Shown here one piece after another: positions 46,767-56,968 of a stretch of DNA of 64,000 bases. How positions within the stretch are numbered: the first letter of the stretch is position 1; each line of letters begins with the position of its first letter. The position numbers and the translations under genes were made by a program. The notes under the pieces are model-generated. The model made no database searches, was not told where the DNA came from, and saw only the letters and a list, made by a program, of their open reading frames with translations. This stretch comes from an uncultured Ruminococcus sp. (GTDB taxonomy: Bacteria; Bacillota; Clostridia; Oscillospirales; Acutalibacteraceae): NCBI GenBank assembly GCA_902786345.1, contig CADACB010000010.1, positions 34,723 through 98,722 on the forward strand, in the 5' to 3' direction.

Positions 46767-47615
46767 ATGAAATTTATAATAAAAATCCTATCAGTATTTT
46801 TTATCCTTTTTATCTCATTGGAATTAACGGGAACAGAAAATATTAAAGCGTCGGAAAATCTTACAGTAAAAATAAAAGCTGATGAAACTGTACGTCCGGA
46901 TAAGTCTTTTGATGTATTTGTGGAATTTTATTGTGATGAGGGTATTGGTGCACTTCAGTCATCTCTTACATATGACATCAGCCGTCTTTCACTTTCAAGT
47001 GTACAGCTTGAAAATAAAACTTCATATGATTTTTTCTCATACAGTGATACATCAGAAGGTGTAAAAATTCTTGTTTCTAATGCAAAAGAAAAGCCTGTTA
47101 TTCATACTGTAAAATTCAGATTTAAACCAAAAGATCATTATGATGACTGCATTTATAAATTCTCAATAAGCTTTTGCAGCTTCTGCACTGATAAAAAAGA
47201 ATTGATTCAATGCAGCTCACTCCCATCTTTTTCCGTAAGATCATTCTTGTCAAATGATACGAAAACAAACAGCAGCTCAGATGATAATTCAAAAACAAAA
47301 AACAGCCTGATATATGAAAAAGCTTCTGAACTCTATCAAAATAATACGTATTCACAAAACGATATTAAAAAAGCAGAAAATGGTAATTATTTAATTGCAG
47401 ATTATGACAATATTTCCGGAGTATCCGAAAATACATCATCTGACAGCAAAAATGATAATGCTTATTATATACAAGAAAAAATCAGTTCTTTTGTTACGGA
47501 TAAAACATTCTTACTTGGATTTATAGGTGTAGTGATCATTGTTTCATTAGCTATAATATATGCCTACAAGTCCGGACTAAAAAGAGCTAAACGTCAAGAC
47601 AATCAAAAAAAGTAA
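46767..47615 (+). CDS. Secreted, C-terminally membrane-anchored protein with a cohesin-like N-terminal domain (tentative)
   Basis: Signal peptide, then a beta-rich domain of about 140 aa (LTVKIKADETVRPDKSFDVFVEFYCDEGIGALQSSLTYD...), a Ser/Asn-rich linker and a C-terminal TM segment FLLGFIGVVIIVSLAIIYAY followed by a basic tail. Confidence 0.6.
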   Translation: MKFIIKILSVFFILFISLELTGTENIKASENLTVKIKADETVRPDKSFDVFVEFYCDEGIGALQSSLTYDISRLSLSSVQLENKTSYDFFSYSDTSEGVKILVSNAKEKPVIHTVKFRFKPKDHYDDCIYKFSISFCSFCTDKKELIQCSSLPSFSVRSFLSNDTKTNSSSDDNSKTKNSLIYEKASELYQNNTYSQNDIKKAENGNYLIADYDNISGVSENTSSDSKNDNAYYIQEKISSFVTDKTFLLGFIGVVIIVSLAIIYAYKSGLKRAKRQDNQKK

Positions 47616-47768
47616 AAGTAGTCCGACCTAAAAATAAAAAAAGTTAAAATTTATATATTCTCATAAGCATCTTGTTGTGCTATAATATATTCAGCATAAT
47701 CAGATGCTTTTTCTTATGCTTGAAATCAGACTTGCTGTAAAAAGATCTGTATATACGGAGGAAATAAT

Positions 47769-48125
47769 ATGCTTTTTATAAACTATCCAAAATGCACAAC
47801 CTGTAAAAAAGCTAAAAATTGGCTTGACGAAAACAATATATCCTACACAGACAGAAATATCAAAGAGCTTTCTCCCTCTTTTGAAGAACTGAAGCTATGG
47901 TATCAAAAGAGCGGACTGCCTTTAAAAAGTTTTTTTAACACAAGCGGCATTCTATATAAATCAATGCAGCTCAAGAATAAGCTGCCAGGAATGAGTGATG
48001 ATGAAAAAATTCAGCTTCTTGCAAGTGACGGTATGCTTGTAAAACGTCCTATAATCGTTAATGGAGATACCATACTTTTAGGATTCAAGCCGGATGAATG
48101 GAAGGAAATGCTGCTGACTGATTAA
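47769..48125 (+). CDS. ArsC/Spx-family (YffB-like) thioredoxin-fold protein
   Basis: 118 aa; the NYPKCTTCKKAKNWLDENNISY N-terminus is typical of the family. Confidence 0.85.
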   Translation: MLFINYPKCTTCKKAKNWLDENNISYTDRNIKELSPSFEELKLWYQKSGLPLKSFFNTSGILYKSMQLKNKLPGMSDDEKIQLLASDGMLVKRPIIVNGDTILLGFKPDEWKEMLLTD

Positions 48126-48143
48126 AGAATTACGGTGATATAT

Positions 48144-50102
48144 ATGAGGGATTTTTTACCTGTTACAAAAAATGATATGAAAAAAAGAGGATGGGATCAG
48201 GTTGATTTCACCTTTGTAATTGGTGACGCATATGTTGATCATCCTTCCTTTGGTCCTGCAATAATCAGCCGTGTACTCGAAAACGCAGGCTACCGCGTAG
48301 GGATAATTCCTCAGCCTGACTGGAAGGATGAAAAAAGTATTGATGTTTTCGGTGAACCAAGACTTGGTTTTTTGATTTCTGCCGGAAATATGGACTCAAT
48401 GGTAAACCATTATTCTGTATCTAAAAAACGTCGTTCCAAGGATTTTTTTACACCGGGCGGAGTAATGGGTAAAAGACCGGATCACGCAACCGTGGTTTAT
48501 GGAAATCTTATAAGAAGAACTTATAAGAACAAACCAATTGTTATTGGCGGAATAGAAGCCAGTCTCAGACGTATGGCTCATTACGACTATTGGGATGATA
48601 CATTAAAACGCTCAATATTGCTTGATTCACAAGCGGACATATTGTCTTTTGGTATGGGTGAAAATTCAATCGTTCAGATAGCCGATGCACTTAACAGCGG
48701 AATAGCTGTAAGTGACATCACCTTTATCAGTGGAACTGTATATAAAGCAAAAACGCTTGACAGACTGTATGATTATATTACATTGCCGTCATATAAGGAT
48801 ATGAAGGCTGATAAGTTAAACTATGCAAGAAGCTTTTATACACAATATGTGAATACAGATCCGTTTTCCGGCAAAATTCTTGCCGAACCATATGACGATG
48901 TATATGTTGTACAGAATCCGATGTCAAAGCCGCTCAGTCAGGATGAAATGGACAGAATATATGCATTGCCTTATATGAGAACATATCACCCGATGTATGA
49001 GTCTGAGGGCGGTATAGATGCAATACGAGAGGTAAAGTTCAGTCTTATAAGCAACCGCGGATGTTTTGGCGGATGCAGCTTCTGTGCACTAACGTTTCAC
49101 CAGGGAAGAATAATACAGACAAGAAGTCATAAATCTATATTGGATGAGGCAAAATTACTCATTGAAGATCCTGATTTTAAAGGATATATACATGATGTTG
49201 GCGGACCAACAGCCAATTTCCGTAAAACTTCCTGTGAAAAACAGCTTAAATATGGTGTATGTCCTAACAAGCAATGCCTGTTTCCTAAACCTTGCAGTAA
49301 CCTCACTGTGGATCACAGTGATTATCTGGAGCTTCTTCGTAAGCTGAGAGCTTTGCCGGGAGTAAAAAAGGTTTTTATACGCTCAGGTATACGCTTTGAT
49401 TATATTATGGCTGATAAGGACGATACGTTTTTTAAGGAAATGTGTAAATATCACATAAGCGGTCAGCTAAAAGTTGCACCCGAACATATAGCTGATGAGG
49501 TGCTGTCAAAAATGGGAAAGCCTGAAAACAGCGTATACAGGGCATTTTGCAAAAAATATGCTCAAATAAATAAGTCCTTAGGAAAACCTCAGTTTCTTGT
49601 GCCATATCTTATGTCCTCACATCCCGGCTCTACTATCAAAGAAGCAATAGCATTAGCTGAATATCTCAGAGAATTGGGGTATATGCCTGAACAGGTTCAG
49701 GACTTCTACCCTACTCCATCTACTATTTCTACATGTATGTATTATACCGGAGTAGATCCAAGAACTATGAAGCCTGTTTATGTTGCTCACGATCCTCATG
49801 AAAAGGCTATGCAAAGGGCTTTGATACAATATAAAGATCCAAAAAACTACGATCTTGTTCACGAAGCCCTTGTTAAAGCTCACAGAACTGATCTGATAGG
49901 CTTTGATAAAAAATGTCTTATACGTCCGAAAAACAAAAATGATGTCGGAAGAAAAAACAGACTTTCAAAATCAGGCAGAATTCTTACTGCTGAAGAAAAA
50001 AAATACGGTATATCCTTTGAAAAATATGACAGTATCATAAACGAACAAAAGGGTAAGAAAAAAATTTCCAAACCAAAAGCTTCATCAAAACGAAAGAAAT
50101 AG
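48144..50102 (+). CDS. ygiQ: YgiQ-family radical SAM protein (UPF0313)
   Basis: [23 protein letters not shown]-terminus, a CFGGCSFC cluster motif and a basic C-terminal tail. Confidence 0.9.
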   Translation: MRDFLPVTKNDMKKRGWDQVDFTFVIGDAYVDHPSFGPAIISRVLENAGYRVGIIPQPDWKDEKSIDVFGEPRLGFLISAGNMDSMVNHYSVSKKRRSKDFFTPGGVMGKRPDHATVVYGNLIRRTYKNKPIVIGGIEASLRRMAHYDYWDDTLKRSILLDSQADILSFGMGENSIVQIADALNSGIAVSDITFISGTVYKAKTLDRLYDYITLPSYKDMKADKLNYARSFYTQYVNTDPFSGKILAEPYDDVYVVQNPMSKPLSQDEMDRIYALPYMRTYHPMYESEGGIDAIREVKFSLISNRGCFGGCSFCALTFHQGRIIQTRSHKSILDEAKLLIEDPDFKGYIHDVGGPTANFRKTSCEKQLKYGVCPNKQCLFPKPCSNLTVDHSDYLELLRKLRALPGVKKVFIRSGIRFDYIMADKDDTFFKEMCKYHISGQLKVAPEHIADEVLSKMGKPENSVYRAFCKKYAQINKSLGKPQFLVPYLMSSHPGSTIKEAIALAEYLRELGYMPEQVQDFYPTPSTISTCMYYTGVDPRTMKPVYVAHDPHEKAMQRALIQYKDPKNYDLVHEALVKAHRTDLIGFDKKCLIRPKNKNDVGRKNRLSKSGRILTAEEKKYGISFEKYDSIINEQKGKKKISKPKASSKRKK

Positions 50103-50121
50103 CATATGGGAGTGATGAGTA

Positions 50122-50814
50122 TTGAACGAAAATAAAAGAAATAATAAAAACAACAGGCTGATGTTTATACTAAAAATAATCGTCACAGCAGCAGCGGCAT
50201 TGTCAGTAGGTACAACAGGATTCGTTATATTCAACAGAAACAATTCCGATAAAAAGAATGAAAACAGTAAAGTTATTGTTAACTCATCAGCCGCGGAATC
50301 CGGAAGCATTAAAAATAAAAGCGTCGAACAAAGCTCTGAAAGCAAGTCCGGCAGCAATAACACTGACAATGACACTGTTATAACATACACGCTTGCAGAT
50401 GTTGACGCTCTGCAAAATGTTGATTATTTTGCAAACGGAACATTGGAACACATTTTTGACGGTACTATCAATAAAAAAGGTAAGGCTACCGGCTATCATT
50501 ACACAATGATCTCAGACAGCAAAGGCGAAGTTATTGAAGGTACAAAAAGTAAAACCGACAAAAACGGAGTTTTCACCGGCAAGGTAAAGGTAAGCGGAAT
50601 TTCAAAAAACGGTTTCAGTTCATTCTATCCGGAAAGCTGGTCACCCCAGCAGGTAGTCGATGCAATAAACAGTGCATACGAGGATGCTGTTTCAGATCCG
50701 TCAAATCCTTCCGGTTCATTATGGATAGGACATTATGGTGATATAGAGATAGATATGTACCTTAACAACAGCAAGAAAATAACAACAGCTTATCCGGTTT
50801 ATGAGGGGGATTGA
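50122..50814 (+). CDS. Membrane-anchored protein with a C-terminal bacterial EndoU-like nuclease domain
   Basis: TTG start with GGGAGTGA RBS. N-terminal TM segment (LMFILKIIVTAAAALSVG) and a Ser/Asn-rich linker, then LEHIFDGTINKKGKATGYHY...FSSFYPESWSPQQVVDAINSAYEDA...KKITTAYPVY. This resembles the EndoU_bacteria toxin domain (from memory). Confidence 0.7.
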   Translation: MNENKRNNKNNRLMFILKIIVTAAAALSVGTTGFVIFNRNNSDKKNENSKVIVNSSAAESGSIKNKSVEQSSESKSGSNNTDNDTVITYTLADVDALQNVDYFANGTLEHIFDGTINKKGKATGYHYTMISDSKGEVIEGTKSKTDKNGVFTGKVKVSGISKNGFSSFYPESWSPQQVVDAINSAYEDAVSDPSNPSGSLWIGHYGDIEIDMYLNNSKKITTAYPVYEGD

Positions 50815-50815
50815 T

Positions 50816-51154
50816 ATGCCTGACTATAAATTTAAAATATCTGAGGGAAAACATCCAATAGTCACAGTTGTATTCTCAGAAAAAAAATTCAACATTCTCA
50901 ATACGTTTTTGCTGTCTGAGGCAAGAAACTTCGGCAAGGAAATTCAAAACGGTCTTTTGAAGGTTCTATCCGGAAAAATTGACAGCTATTCATTTAGCGG
51001 TAATATTTTTTCTTTTGAAGCCGACTGCGAAAAAACCGTAATATCAAATGATATTTCCGAGGATGATCCACCTCTGAAAGTAAAAACAAGTGAGCTTCTT
51101 ATGCTTATAAACTCATATAAATCTGAACTTGACAATCTTAAGAACAAACAGTAA
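50816..51154 (+). CDS. Small cytoplasmic protein translationally coupled to the EndoU gene (possible immunity protein)
   Basis: ATG lies 2 nt after the EndoU stop, with a GAGGGGGA RBS inside the upstream gene. 112 aa with no signal peptide. I recognise no family. Confidence 0.55.
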   Translation: MPDYKFKISEGKHPIVTVVFSEKKFNILNTFLLSEARNFGKEIQNGLLKVLSGKIDSYSFSGNIFSFEADCEKTVISNDISEDDPPLKVKTSELLMLINSYKSELDNLKNKQ

Positions 51155-51187
51155 CTCTTACCAAAACACTTAAAGGAGGTGATCAGT

Positions 51188-51649
51188 ATGAGTGATATAT
51201 TCTGGATATGGATAGCTGTTATAGTTTTTTCAGTATTTGTTGAGTGGGCAACTCAGCTGCAGCTAATAACTGTATGGGCAGCCCTCGGCGGTATTGCTGC
51301 ATTGATACTTGAACTATGCGGTGTTGATATGTCAATACAAATTGTTGTGTTTTTTGCTGTTACAATTGTTATGATGCTGCTTACCCGACCTTTTGCCAAA
51401 AAAATGACGAGGTTCGGTGTAACTCCTACAAACGCTGATATGAACATAGGAAAACACGGAAAGGTCACAAAGATTATTGATGAGGATATGGGAATATTCC
51501 GGGTAAGAGTTGATAACTGTGATTGGTCGGCCGTGACGGAAGAAAAGAAAATTCTTCCCGTTGGCACATCGGTATCGGTTTTGAGGATAGAGGGCGTTAA
51601 GCTTATCGTTGAACAGCAAAAACAAAGTTCAACAATAAGTACAAATTAA
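51188..51649 (+). CDS. NfeD-family membrane protein
   Basis: Three TM segments followed by a C-terminal OB-like domain (GKVTKIIDEDMGIFRVRVDNCDWSAV). It is paired with an SPFH gene. AGGAGG RBS. Confidence 0.85.
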   Translation: MSDIFWIWIAVIVFSVFVEWATQLQLITVWAALGGIAALILELCGVDMSIQIVVFFAVTIVMMLLTRPFAKKMTRFGVTPTNADMNIGKHGKVTKIIDEDMGIFRVRVDNCDWSAVTEEKKILPVGTSVSVLRIEGVKLIVEQQKQSSTISTN

Positions 51650-51686
51650 AACATAAACTTTAAATTTCAGAAAAGAGGTAATTTTT

Positions 51687-52808
51687 ATGCAGGGATGGTT
51701 AATAGCGTTTATAATAATTTTTGTAATTTTTATTCTTGTAGTGGTTTCAAACATAAAGGTTGTTCCACAGGCAAATGCATTTGTAGTTGAGAGGTTCGGT
51801 GCTTATTATAAAACATGGCACACGGGCATACACGTTAAGGTTCCGTTTATGGACAGAATCGCAAGAAGAATTTCGCTAAAGGAACAGGTTGTTGACTTTG
51901 AACCTCAGTCTGTTATCACAAGAGATAACGTATCAATGCAGATAGACACGGTTGTTTATTTTCAGGTAACTGATTCCAAACTCTATACCTATGGTGTTGA
52001 ACACCCAATAATGGCTATTGAAACACTTTGTGCAACAACACTCAGAAATATTATAGGTGAACTTGAGCTTGATAATACACTTACATCTCGTGATAAGATC
52101 AATGATCGTATAAGAGAAATACTGGATGAAGCAACAGATGCATGGGGTATCAAAGTAAAGCGTGTTGAGCTGAAAAACATTCTTCCTCCGCGTGAGATTC
52201 AGGTTGCAATGGAAAAGCAGATGAAGGCAGAACGTGAACGCCGTGCAAGAATACTTGACGCAGAAGGTGAAAAGACAAGCCAGATACTTGTTGCAGAAGG
52301 TCATAAAGAAGCTGCCATTCTTCGTGCTGAGGCTGTAAAGGAAACAAAAATACGTGAAGCACAAGGTGAGGCTGAAGCTATTATTGCTGTTCAGACTGCT
52401 TACGCAGACAGCCTTAGGATGCTTAATGAAGCTTCACCAAGCGACAAGGTAATTGCACTTAAGAGTCTTGAAACCTTTGCACAGGTGGCAGACGGCAGGG
52501 CAACAAAGATCATTATTCCGTCTGAAATACAATCTATGGCAGGCCTTGCAACAACTCTAAAGGAGCTTGTTGTTGAAGGCGATATAGATAAAACAAAGCA
52601 AACTGAAAAAACGTCTTCTCCAAAAACATCAGTACCTAAGCCTGCTGCCACTGTTACACCGTCTCAGCCGGAATCAGTAGGTACAGGATATGCAGATCAA
52701 TACCAAGGAACACCAGCTTCTATGCGTACAATGCCGGCAGATCCTCAGTCTGCACTGAGAGCACAAGCACAACAAATGCTTGATATGAATGCTCCAAGAA
52801 GACAGTAA
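51687..52808 (+). CDS. SPFH/band-7 (stomatin-like) protein with a low-complexity C-terminal tail
   Basis: N-terminal TM segment, an SPFH core (VPQANAFVVERFGAYYKTW...) and an EA-rich coiled coil. Confidence 0.9.
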   Translation: MQGWLIAFIIIFVIFILVVVSNIKVVPQANAFVVERFGAYYKTWHTGIHVKVPFMDRIARRISLKEQVVDFEPQSVITRDNVSMQIDTVVYFQVTDSKLYTYGVEHPIMAIETLCATTLRNIIGELELDNTLTSRDKINDRIREILDEATDAWGIKVKRVELKNILPPREIQVAMEKQMKAERERRARILDAEGEKTSQILVAEGHKEAAILRAEAVKETKIREAQGEAEAIIAVQTAYADSLRMLNEASPSDKVIALKSLETFAQVADGRATKIIIPSEIQSMAGLATTLKELVVEGDIDKTKQTEKTSSPKTSVPKPAATVTPSQPESVGTGYADQYQGTPASMRTMPADPQSALRAQAQQMLDMNAPRRQ

Positions 52809-52862
52809 TTCAATAAGTCTGTGTAAAAACATCAAAAAATTTTTTTGAGCAATTTATAATTT

Positions 52863-52911
52863 ACGAGGGCTTGAGCAAAATTTTCTTATTTTGCTCAAGC
52901 CCCGTAATTTT
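52863..52911. terminator. Bidirectional intrinsic terminator
   Basis: About 17-bp stem acgagggcttgagcaaaa / ttttgctcaagccccgt with T/A tracts on both sides, between convergent genes. Confidence 0.8.
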
Positions 52912-52976
52912 ATAGAAAGCAATAATACTTCTCATAACCTACTATTCAAAAAGATATTTAATAAAAATAATTTGTA

Positions 52977-55900
52977 TCAATCATGTAAAAGCTTTGTTGA
53001 AGTGTCAGGTTCAGTTGCAAATGAAGAACTGCGCTTTATGTTATGCTTTGCAAAATATAAAGCTTTTATAGAGGCTGCATACAGTTCATCATATGTTGTT
53101 CCGTCATTTGGAAAAAGACTTATTCCGGCTTTTCCAAATATTGTTATGTCCCCTGCTTCTGACTGATATTTGTTATTTATTATTTTGCAAATTTGTTCGG
53201 ACTTTTCAAGAATTTTTTCACGGTCATTCATTCCCTTAACAAAGATAATAAATCTGTTTCCGCTGCTTCTTCCGATTATATCCGAATCTCTGAAAAGTTC
53301 ACGGATATTTTGTGCTACCTCTTTGAGTACCGCATTTGCAAATACTGATCCAAGATCTCTCTCAATAAGCTCAAATCCGCAAATTTCTGCCATAATAAAC
53401 GCGTGGCTGGATGCAGAACCTTCATCATAAAGATAGCTTTTTATTTTATTCTCCGTTGCACGCTTGTTATAAAGATTGGTGATAAAATCGGTTCTCTCCC
53501 TTTTCTTATCATCAACATTCCCTTCTCTTTCGTCTGATATGTCTGTAAACACTGAGATTATCTTAACCGGTACCTGTGCAGCATTTCTCATTGTCACAAA
53601 GTGTACCCTGTTCCATACATACAACTCATCTGTTTTGCGGAACACTCTTATAAATGCTTCGCTTTCACTCTTATCCGATCGCGCACTATTCATTTTTTCA
53701 AGAAGCTTTCCAATATCATCCGGATGAATAAAGCGAACTTCCCTGAGATTTTTCACGAATTCCTCTGTCTGCGGAATATAGCCGTACATCTCTTTAAAGG
53801 AGCCTGAAAGCTTTATCTGATCAAATCTGGGCATCCACTCCAGAATGAATGACTTGGTCTGTATGAGAATTTCATCATACATTTTTTCATTTGGTACAAT
53901 AGATGTATTTTCGTGACCTATTACAGGATAACTCATAACAAATGAAGACGCCTGCATTTGAAGCTTGAAATCATCTATTGATATAATTTCATTTTTATGT
54001 ATGCCGAATGAGATACCTGTACTATTCTTTATAACAGTGATAAGCTCTTCATCTATCCCCCAAGGCAAAATACAATATGCCCCCAGCTCTGAAAAGTATT
54101 TCATAAGCTCACAGATAACGCTTATATTATAAATACCATCTGCAACAGCATTCATAAGCTTATTTGCAAACATAACCTTATCAAACAGCTTTTCAATAAA
54201 GCAATTGATATTTATACTTCCGGCACCAACGTTATAAATACCGGTTTTGAATCCACAGCTTTTTAATGTTGATATAAAGCTTTTAAGCTCATTTATGCTG
54301 AACTGGTCTATCATTTCGTGTGACAGCATAATACATATCTTACGACAGTCAACAGGATATTTTTTAAGTATTTCACCAAGTGCCGTCAAAACAGTATCAC
54401 TGTCTTTTCCGTCAAATAACGTAAACACTGAAATATCAGGTATAGCGGTATTTTCCTGCTCCAGGGAATAGAGAGCAGAAATCAATCTGCTTATATTGTT
54501 CAGGCTCAGTGCAGTTATGCTGCTGTCTGATGAAACAGCTACAAAAACCTTGTCTATATCCTTCAGGTAATCACCATTAAATTCCACCATATCGTATGAC
54601 ATAATATGTCCGCTGACAGAATCAGCAACAGGTATAAAATACTCATTTTTTCCTATCAGCTCTATAGTATTAGTGCCCTTTACGCTGACTTCAGTATCAT
54701 ACTTTTTAAGCTCCCAGTTTTCCCTCATACTCTTGTTGTAGAATAAATACATATTTTTTCCGTTAAGCTTTGCAATATCTACTGCCTTTGAAGCATTGCG
54801 GAATAACTCATCAAAGTCACTGCCATCCTGCGGATATGTTGCAATACCCATTGAAACCGTTATTGAAGGGATCTCCATATTTTCAAAATCATAGGTCTTA
54901 TGAAGACACCTGAAAATATCTTCAACAAGCTCCATTCGCTGTTCCTCATCAGGACAGTCATTTATAAACACAAGGAAATTATCATCCTCTATCCTGCCTA
55001 ATATATTACCATATGTTATCTGTCTTTTAAGAACCTCTGTAATATCACACAATACATCATTACCGAATTTATAATCCGTTTGTCGGTTAAGCTTTTTAAA
55101 ATCGTCTATATCTATAAGAATCAAAGAGTGAAAACCGTTCTTGCCTGTATTTTCGATATAATCGTTGACTTCCCTCTTTATTCCTTTAAAATTCCACAAG
55201 CCGGTCACTGAATCCTGATCTGACATATAATTTGTATTTATTATGCTTTCGTGAAGTTTTGTCATAACAAGAAAAATCTCTGAAAGCTTATCGTTCTCAA
55301 CAACCGGTATCACCAAACACCTTACCGCGGAATATTCTCCGCTGCCAAGATCCATAATGCACTCCATAACAAGACTCTCATTATCATCTTCAAGTGCTTC
55401 ATTCACACTTGTTATTCTGAATGTTCTCAAAAATCTGTTTCTATACGTTTCCGGACAGCAATCAGAAAGTATATTTATAGCCTCTTCATAATTTTTGGGT
55501 ACATATCCGCATATATCTTTTATACTTCCCTTTCTTTCGTGAAGGGTATCATATCTTATATCAAATTCAAAAACATAATCCGATGCTTTATAAAGCACTT
55601 CACGATCACGCTTCTGCTTTACTGACATAAGCTTCTTAAGATGTTCAATTGTATCTATCAGATCATTTCTGTCCATTTTAAGATATGTGTCTTTTGAATG
55701 ATCTTCATTTTTATCATTTATAAAGCTCTGATGAGAATGATCAGAAACATTTCTGTCTGTGTGATTAACATCTGCATATTCAACCGCAAGAGACTTGAAT
55801 TTAGGAAGAACAATTCCGAAACACTCCATCATTTCATCAGAAAACGCTCCGCATGCACCATTACGAATCATCTCTACTGCCTGTTCGTGAGAGAACGCAG

Positions 55901-56855
55901 CTTTATAAGGACGATCACTTGTAAGTGCATCATAGCAGTCTGCCACTGAAACCACCTGTGCCCATACAGGTATCTGATCACCTACTAATCCTTCAGGATA
56001 ACCAAGTCCATCCCATTTTTCATGATGATAACGGCAAATATCATAGCAATATCTATAATATTCATTTTTTTCGACAACATCAAGCTGATTAAGAATTTCA
56101 CAGCCCTTTATGGTATGCTGCTTCATAATGCGAAACTCGTCATATGTAAGTCTTCGGGGGCTAAGCAATATTGAATCAGGTATTGCAATTTTGCCTATAT
56201 CGTGAATAGAAGACGCTGATGTAATAAGCTCTATCTTTTCTTCTGTAAGATTATACTTAGGATATTTTTCAGCAAGTACACGCAAAAGAGCCTCAGTAAA
56301 TTTTCTTATTCTATGAATGTGTCTTCCCGATTCAACATCGCGATATTCTATAACAGTGCTCAGTGTGTCAAGCATATCGTTATTAATGGTATTTATCTTT
56401 TTTTGCTGACTTTCAAGTCTTTTATTTTGCTCAAGAATTTTCTTTGTCTGCTCGCCTACAAGTTCCTCAAGCTCTTTTTTATGTGCAAAAAGCTCCACCA
56501 TATTTGCCACACGTCTTTTAGCTATGTATGGATTTACGGGTGATGAGATAACATCACTGAATGGCATTGAAATATTATTCTGTCCGATATGTGAGGAGTC
56601 GTTGTCAATTATCATTATTACAGGTATATCATCGAATATTTTCAGTGCAGAAAGAGTTCTTACGGATTCAGACGATAAACGTGCGGCTATGTATTCGTTA
56701 ATGATAATCACTGAAATATCATCGTGATTTTCCATAAGACACTTAAAAACCTCGTCGCTGCTTTCTGTCTGTATCAAATCATACTGTGATGCAAAAATAC
56801 TGTAAAGTATAGATCTGTTTATTTCCGTATTATCTGCAACAAGCATTTTTTTCAT
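52977..56855 (-). CDS. 1292-aa multidomain c-di-GMP signalling protein: REC-like, HD-GYP, PAS-like, GGDEF-like, EAL-like, PAS-like, GGDEF-like
   Basis: The HD-GYP motifs are intact (SSIHDIGKIAIP, HHEKWDGLGYP). At the GGDEF positions it reads GRIEDDNF and GRSSGNRF. At the EAL position it reads SYDMV. The REC-like N-terminus shows IIINEY where the phospho-Asp is expected. Confidence 0.88.
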   Translation of the reverse strand: MKKMLVADNTEINRSILYSIFASQYDLIQTESSDEVFKCLMENHDDISVIIINEYIAARLSSESVRTLSALKIFDDIPVIMIIDNDSSHIGQNNISMPFSDVISSPVNPYIAKRRVANMVELFAHKKELEELVGEQTKKILEQNKRLESQQKKINTINNDMLDTLSTVIEYRDVESGRHIHRIRKFTEALLRVLAEKYPKYNLTEEKIELITSASSIHDIGKIAIPDSILLSPRRLTYDEFRIMKQHTIKGCEILNQLDVVEKNEYYRYCYDICRYHHEKWDGLGYPEGLVGDQIPVWAQVVSVADCYDALTSDRPYKAAFSHEQAVEMIRNGACGAFSDEMMECFGIVLPKFKSLAVEYADVNHTDRNVSDHSHQSFINDKNEDHSKDTYLKMDRNDLIDTIEHLKKLMSVKQKRDREVLYKASDYVFEFDIRYDTLHERKGSIKDICGYVPKNYEEAINILSDCCPETYRNRFLRTFRITSVNEALEDDNESLVMECIMDLGSGEYSAVRCLVIPVVENDKLSEIFLVMTKLHESIINTNYMSDQDSVTGLWNFKGIKREVNDYIENTGKNGFHSLILIDIDDFKKLNRQTDYKFGNDVLCDITEVLKRQITYGNILGRIEDDNFLVFINDCPDEEQRMELVEDIFRCLHKTYDFENMEIPSITVSMGIATYPQDGSDFDELFRNASKAVDIAKLNGKNMYLFYNKSMRENWELKKYDTEVSVKGTNTIELIGKNEYFIPVADSVSGHIMSYDMVEFNGDYLKDIDKVFVAVSSDSSITALSLNNISRLISALYSLEQENTAIPDISVFTLFDGKDSDTVLTALGEILKKYPVDCRKICIMLSHEMIDQFSINELKSFISTLKSCGFKTGIYNVGAGSININCFIEKLFDKVMFANKLMNAVADGIYNISVICELMKYFSELGAYCILPWGIDEELITVIKNSTGISFGIHKNEIISIDDFKLQMQASSFVMSYPVIGHENTSIVPNEKMYDEILIQTKSFILEWMPRFDQIKLSGSFKEMYGYIPQTEEFVKNLREVRFIHPDDIGKLLEKMNSARSDKSESEAFIRVFRKTDELYVWNRVHFVTMRNAAQVPVKIISVFTDISDEREGNVDDKKRERTDFITNLYNKRATENKIKSYLYDEGSASSHAFIMAEICGFELIERDLGSVFANAVLKEVAQNIRELFRDSDIIGRSSGNRFIIFVKGMNDREKILEKSEQICKIINNKYQSEAGDITIFGKAGISLFPNDGTTYDELYAASIKALYFAKHNIKRSSSFATEPDTSTKLLHD

Positions 56856-56968
56856 TTTAATACACTCCTATACGTTAAAAGGCTTTTGTTTCAAACTCAC
56901 AATATATCCTAAAAACAAATTTCTCCTCGTATATTATACACAATTATTTATAATTTGTACATAGATTT

